A stretch of DNA of 64,000 nucleotides from Eledone cirrhosa (Eukaryota): positions 233,740,001 to 233,804,000 of the forward strand of contig OZ024742.1 in assembly GCA_964016885.1 (NCBI GenBank). Reading direction: 5' to 3'. Under the pieces are notes generated by a model. That model worked only from the letters and a program-made list of their open reading frames with translations. It had not been told where the DNA came from and ran no database searches. Below, one piece after another: positions 53,572-64,000 of this stretch. The translations under genes and the position numbers were made by a program. Position 1 is the first letter of the stretch. Every line of letters starts with the position of its first letter.

Positions 53572-53704
53572 CAGTAGCGCAGCTGGGTTGGGGAGGGAAT
53601 CACTGTGCAATAGGTTGTATTTTTGTGGGTGGACGGGAGAGAAGGTGCAGGGTTGAAAAACTGAAGGGATGCGCCGGGCGGCAAGCACTCTAGCTACGCT
53701 AGTG
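53572..53704. mobile_element. hAT-like MITE
   Basis: CAGTAGCGCAGCTGG / CTAGCTACGCTAGTG termini; 8-bp flanks GTCTATTG / GCCTATTG. Confidence 0.65.
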
Positions 53705-54049
53705 GCCTATTGCCAGCATCACACGAGCCTGACTAAGTAAACTACATTGTTTGATTTGAATGTCACCGCTGAACCAGTTAGCAATGGCAGTAGTTATGTA
53801 ACAGCTCTAATCTAAATCACAAAAAATATCCCAACTGAGAAGATATTCAGCAACAACAACAAACAAAAACTCTGAGAATAAGCATGTTATTCGATGATGT
53901 TTTCATGAAAGCTCTTTAAATGTCATACAGCTGTTTCATTTTGGGAAACAAATCAGTACGTTTAAACAAAAATATCAGTAACCTACACCATCGCAATGAT
54001 ATATGTCTGGACAATGTGGGAGAAAGCTCTCTAGTATAGAAGCCGCCTC

Positions 54050-54290
54050 ATGATCTCAACTGCCAGAATGGAGAAAGCGTTCCCCCGGAGGATAGCGCGG
54101 GAGACACATTGAAATAGCCAATCCAACTCGTGTGGGTTCACTCCTGCCGGTGGCCAACTCCCTGGCGAGAACAGTGTGTAGGGAGGTGGTTCGGTGACCC
54201 AGAATACCAGATGTCTCCACAGCTATAAGTTCAATGTCAAACCTATCTGAAAGCGGCCGATACTTCAACAGCTTGCTTGACAGCCAACGA
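54050..54290 (-). mobile_element. Divergent CRE-like RLE fragment
   Basis: KLLKYRPLSDRFDIELIAVETSGILG...ELATGR. Confidence 0.7.
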
Positions 54291-54921
54291 AACATGTATG
54301 TTGAATGCCGGCAATTCACAGCCTTTGAATGTACTACGAGTAAGAGTTCGTTTGGATAGGAGTTATTTAGAATTAGTTGAAATTATTTTGGTACATTGAC
54401 AAAGTTTTTGGAGATGGAGCATATTCAATTCTTCATGTCTAGGTTATGTTGGTCAATGTTAATGTTTTCAAGACAAGGAGAAGAAAATTAGACAAACTTT
54501 CAATTAGCTAATCTAAACATAACTGTGTAATTAACTGTCTGGTGTTAATTACATTTCAATGTAATTAAACCTGTTTAATGTTCTAATGATAAAGAGCTGT
54601 CAACAACAACAGATTAAACAGAAGAAAACAAAAAGTACAATCAGTATAAAGTGGTGTATACTTCGTTCACCCCCGAGGATGTTAAATATGTCAGCTGTTT
54701 TATAATAAATCACTTCTAGAGTTTAGTGAATGTTGTGGTGATCTTTGTCTGAAGAAAGCAAAATCAGTAAATAGAATTCGCAAATTTCGACCACAAACAC
54801 GGGCACTGCGCGTAGTGCAGAAGAGCGGAAGCTAGACAAATATAATGAAAATAATCCTACAACAGAATAACTTATAAATCAGTTTATATAAGACTGGATT
54901 TTTGTTTTAAATGGTTTACAG

Positions 54922-55083
54922 CAGGGATGTCAAACGGCCCTTTAGAAGCACATCTGCGGTCCGCACAAAGATTTTTACAGCGCCAGCATGTTTTATCTTT
55001 GTAATATGCGCAATTAGTTGTCGTGTGTGGCCGTCAGACAACACATATGTGGCCCTCAGGGTATCCTCAGTTTAACATGCCTG
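54922..55083. mobile_element. hAT MITE within duplicated block 54858-55140
   Basis: CAGGGATGTCAAAC / GTTTAACATGCCTG TIRs; TSD GTTTACAG/GGTTACAG. Confidence 0.8.
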
Positions 55084-55374
55084 GGTTACAGTATCTGATG
55101 AGAGTATGGCATGTAAAACTTTTGATGGTGAAATATTCAAATCCTTCACAAAATAGGGAGGAATTTATCTCGCCTGAGAAAGGAATCCCGTGAAGTGGAG
55201 TGGCTGGTGGTGAAGCGTGAAAATTGGCTTCAGAGTAGTCTCTGATCTCAGAGGCTCAATATATACGTAGAATTCTGGCAATACTAGTGATGGTAGAATT
55301 TTAAGCACTGCCTATGAAGTCGGGGATCCATAGGCTACAAGGAGTCAATACAAAGGACAGGGACAGTGAAGACT

Positions 55375-55672
55375 TACAAAAAAAAATCGAGAAAAATATA
55401 ACAATAAAATCCCCAATATAGGGGGAATGCCACCCAGGGGTGACCCAGGAACCCCTCCAATCCTAAACCACCCTATTTTTCAAGAGCACCCTGGGAGCGC
55501 ACCCCTCTCTCCTCTAAACCTACAGCTGCATGGTCAGAGTAAGCCCATTCACACAGGCCATCCTCGCTAAATTCACCTACCTTTTAACAAATGTATAGTG
55601 AGGAGGGGGGGGCAGAACTTCCCTCCCCACCCTCACCTTCCTTTCTAAGTGGAACTTGAAAAAGTTGATGTA
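55375..55672 (-). mobile_element. Tx1/L1-like LINE 3' end
   Basis: INFFKFHLERKVRV remnant, then a T-rich 3' region. Confidence 0.5.
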
Positions 55673-55689
55673 ATAAAATGGGAGCAAAA

Positions 55690-55915
55690 ACCACTGCATA
55701 GGCAGTATGACCTTTGTAGCAAAGAATCTGACGTAGATCAAACTCTCACTCATCAGTGACCGTGGATTTGTGGACTAAAAGCTAAAACTGAAGGCTTCAT
55801 TTAGGCTGCACAAGACCAGACAAAACCAGTGTCTTTCAACCTGCCACTTTCAAGCCAATGTGATCAGCATGGAAATGACCCAAAGTATCGATTTTGTGAC
55901 AAGACATTATAAATG
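55690..55915 (+). mobile_element. R4/Dong-like non-LTR fragment
   Basis: GLKAKTEGFI/AAQDQ motif across a frameshift. Confidence 0.6.
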
Positions 55916-55981
55916 TTGAATGTGAAATTCAGTTTTCTTCCAGGCCAGATCTCATAATTATATTAAATATGATTTTTTTTA

Positions 55982-56460
55982 TTCTTCTTCTTCTTCGCCC
56001 ATTTATTCCTGGGTGGGTCGTGGGAATAGACTAAAGTATGCCTTCCAGCGGGTCCTGTCTGAAGCAACCGTTTACAATTGATCCGGTTGGCTCCCCTAGC
56101 GAGACCAGCCGAGCTCATGGGTGTTATCCAACCATCTTGCTCGCGGTCTATCCCTGTGTCTCCTGCTGGCTGATTTTGACCGTAAAATTTGTCCAGAAAT
56201 TCTTTCCTGGGACATTCTAACTACATGTCTGTAATATGGAGCTGTTATTTCTCAATTCAGAGAAGTAGCAGCTCTACCTGGAGCGATTTATTGAGTAACA
56301 ATACTCTAAAGACTTTTCGGAGAAACCCTATTCCGGTCACTTGTATTGGCGATCGTATTCTTTCGGTCAATATCCAATATTCATGACTACAGGTAAGGGT
56401 TGGCACGAATACCGAATTGAAGATGAAGAGTTTGACTTTTACACCTACCTCCTTTTTTGT
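55982..56460 (-). mobile_element. RTE-like LINE 3' fragment with (GAA)n tail
   Basis: KVKLFIFNSVFVPTLTCSHEYWILTERIRS...FLRK. Confidence 0.7.
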
Positions 56461-56786
56461 GATTACTTTGTTGTTGTTTTTTATCTTATTTATTTAATAT
56501 TAAATAGTTGCTAGCCTTATAAGAAATTATTTATAGTCAGAGTAACCGGGAAATATGCAACTTTTCAACATTTATATATATCTATATATATATATAGACA
56601 TATAATAAATTACACTTTGCCATTTGTACTATGGTTAATCTAGCACTGGTAAAAACTCTATGATCCTTGGATCCATACAGACGTGCACATTTTGGTTAAT
56701 GATTAATCGGGTCAGGGTGAAAAGTGATAGTTCAATCTGGTTGATGTTTTCGGGAGACAAAATGTTATATTATGTATGGCTAAGCG

Positions 56787-56970
56787 GTGGATTGGCAGTA
56801 TCGGTAGAGAGTCGGACGCCATGCTTTCCAGCATAGTTACGTCCCTTTACGGTCCCAGTTCAAATCCCGTCGAGGTTAACTTTGCCTTTCATCCTTACGG
56901 GGTCGATAAAATAAAGTACCAGTAATGTACTGGGTAATTGCTGGCCTTGTGCCTAAAGTAGAAACAATTA
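56787..56970 (+). mobile_element. Representative of the dominant ~185 bp tRNA-derived SINE (>20 copies, e.g. 2215, 2355, 3895, 4110, 6660, 29914, 41330, 42050, 51614, 52225, 52695, 52913, 53180, 58094, 59084, 59397, 59588, 59918, 60308, 62263)
   Basis: TGGCAGTATCGG A box, GAGTTCAAATCC B box, central TTTGCCTTTCATCCTTACGGGGTCGATAAAATAAAGTACCAG (resembles the MetaSINE-type domain, recalled). 18-bp TSD ATTATGTATGGCTAAGCG. Confidence 0.92.
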
Positions 56971-58249
56971 TGTATGGCTAAGCGATTTTTAAAACTAATA
57001 GATAAAAAATTTGCTCTTTGATATTCTCAATATAGATATTGTCAGTATTACTCAGCCTTGGGGTTATTATTTCGTTATAAATAGCCATGATGTAAGCCGT
57101 CAACTGAAACCTGTCAGGCGTTCGTTTCCAATTAAAGAATTGAAGCGAAGTTTTTGTAAATACTCCGTGTTTTCGGGGTCACCAATTGAAGTGAAGTTAG
57201 TGGTTGTTATGGAAGAGGATGATAAACACGAAAAATTTGGTTAGATATATAAATTTACTTCACTTCAGTTAAAAAGGAAAAATAATATGATTACTTCGAA
57301 TCATAAAAATATGTTTGCTGGTAGCACCAACAAATGAATACAGTTTTGAAAAAGGCTTCTGTGTTGTCTATATAAAGAGGCAGATGATTCTGTGCGTGGT
57401 TGAAGTGTCGATGGAAGAATTGTTGTCAGGACCTTGTCGACAGGGCCAAAGGGTTTTGCTAAATGCTACATCTTGCTACTTGCTTGAGCAGGTCGAAGAA
57501 ATCCTTCTCTTCCAAGGAACCAGAGTCGAATGACTGGAAGAAAAACTTATCTAATTTCAACTCAAACTAGACAGCCACTCCAGACTACTGGCGCCAGATA
57601 AAGAGAAATAGCAGCCAGATGTTATTCGGGGGGGGGGGGGCATCATTGTGTGCAAATCTTTCGATTCAACACTACTACAAAATAAAAGTTCCTTGTATAC
57701 TATCATTGTGTTTTACAAAGTTACAAAATAAGCTACTGTGATTTCATATTATTGGGAATTATTTATCGACTTACTTCGCGAAGCCAAATATTTATAAGTG
57801 AACACTGTCTTTTGTTTTTTGTGTTTTTTGTTTTTTTTCTGTTTCGTTTTTATATTATTTAATGGTTAACCCGACTCTGTGTTACTATAGTTGTAAGACT
57901 CGACGTTAAAATAATAACTGGGGTATTTAATGTCGAACGTAAAAAAAGCTGGCTTGCACGACTTTGACATGAAACCATATAAGTCTGGTGGGAATAATTA
58001 GCTACAATAATAAAATGTATGTGTTAATGTGTATATGTATGTGCGCGCGCGTGTTTGTACGAATGACTGAAAAAAACATCTGGTTAAAAAATATAATTGT
58101 TTCTACTTTTTGGCACAAGGCCAGCAATAATCAGTGTATTACTGGTACTTTATTTTATCGACCCCGTAAGGATGAAAGGCAAAGATCGTGCAACAGAATA
58201 ACTAATAAATTAGTTTATAAAGATTAGATTAAACAAAAATGGTTTACAG

Positions 58250-58459
58250 CAGGCATGTTTAACTGAGGGGGCCACAATGTCACATATGTGTTAACTGAGG
58301 GCCACACACGACAACTAATTGCGCATATTACAACTAATTTTTTTTTATTTTATGTTACGAAGATAAAACATGCTCGCGCTGTAAAAACCTTTGTGCGGGC
58401 CGCAGGCGTGCTTGTAAAGGGTCGCATGTAGCACGCGGGCCGCCCGTTTGATATGCCTA
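58250..58459. mobile_element. hAT MITE within duplicated block 58190-58515, opposite orientation to 54922-55083
   Basis: Interior is the reverse complement of the 54922 copy; exact TSD GTTTACAG. Confidence 0.8.
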
Positions 58460-60529
58460 GTTTACAGTATCTGATGAGAGCATAGCAAGTAAAACTTTTG
58501 ATGGTGAAATATTAAAATATTGACCTCAATATTTACCTAATCTTTAAAGATTAATGATATATTTAATAAGATGATGCAGGAAGCTGCCACAGGTTAAGGT
58601 TGATACTACGTTATGGCAGAATCGTGATAGACTGTCTTCGTTATTTAGTTATGGACCATTATTTTCTGAGTTCAAATCCTACTGAGGTCAACTTTGGCTT
58701 TTTTTTTTTTTTCATCCTTCCGGGGTCGAGAAAATAAAGTACCAGTCCAGTATTGAGGTCTATTTAATTATCATAGACGTGAATGAATTATATTATAATC
58801 CAAACAGTAAGGCTATATGCACCGTGATTTAGGCGAACAAAGTATCTGAAAATTGAAGTATATGTTGTTTAAATATTGTCCTGTGTGTGACGAATAAATA
58901 AAGGGTTAGAAAATAAGTTCAATGATATTATACTATATATTAAACTGGTATAATATATATATATATGTGTTGTATTTGTGAGGTTCTTAGCAATAGTTAA
59001 TTGTATTTGTTATATGTGTTTATATTTTCATTCTAAAAGAATTGTGAGCAATTTGTAATGTTATTTATGTATATATTTAAAATAACTGTTTCTACTTTAG
59101 GCACAAGCCCAGCAATTACCCAGTGCATTACTGGTACTTTATTTTATCGACCCCGTAAGGATGAAAGGCAAAGTCAACCTCGGCGGGATTTGAACTCAGA
59201 TCGTAAAGAGACGTAACTATGCTGGAAAGCATGGCGTCCGACCCTCGACCCTCTATATATTTAAAATAACAAGTTCCAAGTTTGTCTCTAAATTCATTTC
59301 GATGAAAGCAATGAACGAGACAATTTCGTTGACCATACCCATGTATTGGTTATATTGATGTTTATATAACAATAAATCCTCTCTTGTAAATAATGTGTGA
59401 ATTGGCAGTATCGGTAGAGGGTTGGACGCCATGCTTTGATGCATAGAGTTACGGCCCTTGCCATTCTGAGTTCAAATCCCGCCTAGGTTAACTTTGCCTT
59501 TCATCCTTACGGGGTCGATAAAATATAGTACCAGTAATGCACTGGGATAATTGCTGGCCTTGTGTCAAAAGTAGAAACAATTATAAATGGTGGATTGGCA
59601 GTATCGGTAGAGGGTCGGACGCCATGCTTTGACACATAGAGTTACGACCCTTGCCATTCTGAGTTCAAATCCCGCCGAGGTTAACTTTGCTTTATAAAAT
59701 AAAGTACCAGTAATGCATTGGGTAATTTCTGGCCTTGTGCCTAAAGTAGAAACAATTATAAATACTCCGCCAATACATTTGTTAATATTCCTTGTAAACA
59801 GACGTTTCGTGTGCAAACCTCAGTCTGTTCCTCAAATACTCACCAAAATATCTAAGCAGTCACAATACAACTGATAAGTGACCATAGTGGGATTCAGTCA
59901 GGAATACTGCTGGAGTCGGTGGATTGATTTCAAATCCCGCCGAGGTTAGTTTTGCCTGTCATCCTTACGGGGTCGATAGAATAAAGTACCAGTAATGCAC
60001 TGCCAAAAGTAGAAACAATTATTCATAAGGTTGACCAGGCTGAAGCCTCGGTGCCCCGCACGAACGAGGCGCACAGCAATGTTTTGCCATAGTGAAATGA
60101 AAGATTGAAATGTCAGAGCGGGCTGGGGGAGCGAAATAGGTAAAAACCTAGGGACTCAGACGTTGGCTCAATACGGCGGCCCCGTACACTTTGGACAATA
60201 TTTTGGAAGCAATTGACACTAATTTCTACAAATCGAAGTATTTTCTTTTATATCTGATTGCACTTCTGAAAGAAAGAGTCATACAAATTGTCGTTATATT
60301 AAAGACGGTGGTGGATTGGCAGTATCGGTAGAGAGTCAGACGCCATGCTTTGACGCATAGAGTTACGCCCCTTTATGATCTGAGTTCAAATCCCGCCGAG
60401 GTTAACTTTGCCTTTCATCCTTATGGGGTCGATAAAATAAAGTACCAGTAATACACTGGTGAATTGCTGGCCTTATGCCAAAAGTAGAAACAGTTATATT
60501 AAAGACTAGTTTTTATAGAACGTACTTTG

Positions 60530-60775
60530 CAGGGTGGTGGTATTTTGTGAGATGACTGTATTTTGTGGGGAGAAGGTATTTTGTTGGGTGATGTACTACC
60601 TTCATACAAGTTGTGGGCATGTTAAAGACTAATCTTTTATAGAAGGTATTTTGTTGGGTGATGCGGTACCTTCAAATAAGTTGTGGGTATGTTAAGACTA
60701 GTCTTTAGTAGAACTTATTTTGTTGGGTGTTGTAATACCTTCATACAGGTTGGGGCTGTGTTGAAGACTAGTTGT
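60530..60775. repeat. Degenerate ~65 bp tandem repeat
   Basis: Recurring TATTTTGTTGGGTG...ACCTTCA...GTTG...GTTAA.GACTA. Confidence 0.7.
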
Positions 60776-61293
60776 TTTTTAGCGTAATTTTTGTTGATAT
60801 AGTATCAGATGCTGCAAAAGAAACAAAAAATAGATTTAGATTCGAAGAAATATTTACACCTTATTTTTAATTCCAATAGAGAAATACGAGTATATGCATA
60901 TGTCCATCAACCGGCCTAAAACCACTCCTGTTCTACGACACATTATTGTTAATTTTTAGATGTTCATACAAACGCGTATACTAAAAGGCGGCGAATTGGC
61001 AGAAGCGTTAGGACATAGGGTAGACTACTTCCTGGTATTCGTTTGGGCTCTCTGCGCTTTCCAAAGTCCAAATCCCGCCAACGTCAATTTTGCCTTTTAT
61101 TCTTTCGAGGTCGATAGAAAAAGTACCAGTCCAGTACTGAGGTTGATTCTACCTCTTAAATCTCTTTTTCAATTCCTCTCTATCAATCTCCTTCTCAAGA
61201 AATTGCCAGAGTTCGGACCTGGAGAGAGAATGAGCTCCGCCAGGTTTAAAATGTTCAAGATAGATTGTTTGTCTCTGTCAGGAATTACGAGCC

Positions 61294-61366
<73 letters not shown>

Positions 61367-64000
61367 TCTTTGGTAACAAAACGATTAGTGTCACCTAAAA
61401 CTAAAATTAATCCAATATGAGATGTGCGAGAATGCATGGATCCATAGGTGCCAGGCACGTCACCTCAAAGTTTGGCGCTCGGGTTGAGGGTGGGAGTTGT
61501 TCAGAACAATCTGGGTGAGAATTTTAATTCGCAATAATTCTTAGACAGAGTTTTGAAACGAGCATATTACCGTATATCTTCTTTTTAAATCTGACAGGGC
61601 ACCATTGAAAAGTAGGGATGGGGGAGGTCGACAACGCTCCCTCTCGCCATCCTGCGGTGATGAGCCCGCTAGGTGCATATATCTAAGCGTATCTGTGTAT
61701 ACGTATATATTTGTGTATGTGTTATATATTTGTATATGTGTGTAAGCGTGCCTGTGCGTTTGCATATGTGCATATGTTTAAGCGTTAATGCGTGCATGTG
61801 TGCGAATGTGCATGTGCTTTAGCGTGTGTATGTGGATGTCTACTTCGAACAATACTCATTAACTTGTCAAAATTTGGATCTCACATGATAAACAAGCGGA
61901 TTGCATAAGTTTTGTCTAATGTTTATCTTTCTTGTGCTTGTAATAAACTTAAATACCAATTTATATTGAATATGGTGAGGCTCTCCAAAACTTGTGATGT
62001 GGATTTGATTCGGCCATTATTTCTTTTTCCAATCAAAGGGAAATAATTCTTTAACATAGTTACTTCCCTTGTGACGTTTACCGTTTGAAATTACAAAAAT
62101 TTAACATTTTTTAATAAATCCAATAATTGTTTATTCTTATATATACATTATTACATACATTTTTTACGGACTGCGGTTACTGTTCGTGGATGGTATGGCA
62201 ATTTCTTCAATTGGAATCCTTACATTCAACTAAGCAGTATAATTGTCAGTGATGAGAATTGTCGGTGAATTGGCAGTATCGGTAGAGGGTCGGACGTCAT
62301 GCATAGAGTTACGGCCCTTTACGATCTGAGTTCAAATCCCGCTGCGGTTAACTTTGCCTTTCATCCTTACAGAGTCGATATAACAAAGCACCAGTAATGC
62401 ACTGGGGTAATTGCTGGCCTTGTGCCAAAAGTAGAAACAATTATTCCAAATGTTTGTTAGCTTTCTTATATCAATGTTTGTCACTGCAATTATTGATGCT
62501 GTGATGTCGCTAAATACAGATTTTCGATTCTCCTCAGAAAGAGAATAATAGAGAGGAAATGAAACAGAGATATAGAGGAAGACTCAACCCTAGTACTGGA
62601 ATGATACTTTATTTTTATCGACCTTGGAAGTTGACTACGGTGGGATTTTAACTCAGAGAGTGCAGAGATCCGCAGTGAATGCCGCAAAGCAATCTACCTG
62701 ACATTCTTACCCCCTCTGCCAATTCGACACACCTCTGCCTAAGCTAGAAATGAATATTTTGGTGTCATATACTCAACTTTAATTTGCACAGTTGTTTTCA
62801 CAAATATTCTCTCTAGCTTGAGTCGATAAATTCATTTTTCACCGAATTCTTTTCTTGAAAAATATTTATTTCTATCTTAGATTGATAGACTCACCTTTTT
62901 TTTTTTTTTTTTTACATTCAGTTATTTTCATGTTCTCTACATCTAAAATAATCATTCCAAGCTGTAAAATTGTGCGGTTAGATGAATATAGTCCTTAACC
63001 GTACTATTGCCGAATATACATTACTTGCTGTGAAATATGTAATTTCTGGGTGCTGGATATTTCTTCCTGAAAATATAACACAAAGCAAAGAGTTAAGCGC
63101 TGGAATTCCTATCTATTCTTTAAATAATTTTTGTTGTCTATGCATTAGAACCTACAATTAAGAAATTAGACATTCATATCTATCATTTTAAATCCTTTTG
63201 ATTTTCTACAATTTTTACCACCATTAAAATGAAGGTTATTTTGAGGTGGATTATTTTAACATGCAATTGATACTTGCTAGTAAAATTATAAATTAAATTT
63301 TGTGCAGTTATATATCTAATTTCATGTCAAATACTACATGTGCTTACTTGATAAATGATAGTTAAAAGACTTAAAACACTCATAAAATATTTTTTTAATG
63401 CTTCTCAGACCCCGAAAATATGATGGCTCAGAGATTTGTGCAGTTCTAAAATTTCCTTAAGGTAAAACATTTGCATGTTTTCACTGTGTGTTTTTAGAAA
63501 GTGAAATGTTTTATTTTTCTGTTGTATTAAAAGTATTCTACGTAACATGGGTGCAGTGACTAGTTACGGCTATTTCCTTTCTTGTATAACTTTGGAGTTG
63601 TATGTATATTTCAAACCTATCAACTCTCCCCGTCCAACGTGCAGAACTACCATCCAGTTTGGGGTGGGTGAGAGATGTCTTCTCTTGTGAAAATGGGTAT
63701 AGCTTTCATTATGTAAAATCTCCCCATTTTGCCTTATTTCTCCCGGTTTGGGGGGCATTTTATTTCATCGTTCACCGTTTCGGTTTTTAGAGGTTGGCAG
63801 GTTCCCAAAACCCTCATTATCATGCAGGTAGTTTATGTTTTCAATCCCTACAGTTTCGTTATCTCTCGATTTTTATATTTGGATATTTCTCCCGTTTCCT
63901 TGGAGAGACATTATTGTCTGTTGAAACTTATAACATTTCCTGGTGGTCCACCATCTGTGTCAATTGGCATATTCTATAATATGATCAATTTGTTGTTCTC

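Noticed and set aside
55090-55140. CTGATGA...GAAA as a hammerhead or C/D box (also ~58470)
   Set aside because: No credible stem II or stem I, and no terminal stem with a D box.

Overview
AT-rich, repeat-dense eukaryotic DNA, probably an octopod cephalopod (inferred from the SINE types, not proven). The one well-supported host gene is on the minus strand: two coding exons (38095-37600 and 2078-1963) that splice in phase across a ~35.5 kb intron and encode the N-terminal GBD/FH3 (DID) region of an INF2-like formin, which continues beyond position 1. Most of the rest is transposon-derived: over 25 tRNA-derived SINEs; fragments of CRE-like, RTE, CR1, R4-like and Tx1-like LINEs; a two-LTR non-autonomous element and a solo LTR; mariner, Ginger-like, piggyBac, hAT and Helitron-like elements; and Penelope-like elements (PLEs). 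The best leads are (i) a PLE with a ~2 kb 3' region ending in a well-formed minimal hammerhead ribozyme, plus further hammerhead-like motifs and a shared 3' motif, all next to (TA)n; (ii) a near-perfect ~146-bp-arm palindrome whose loop is a SINE 3' end; (iii) a duplicated block with the same hAT MITE at the same site in opposite orientations; and (iv) a TG...AA-terminated non-autonomous LTR element with a tRNA-Trp PBS. Everything was read by eye, so repeat boundaries are approximate and family names come from recalled motifs, not database searches.
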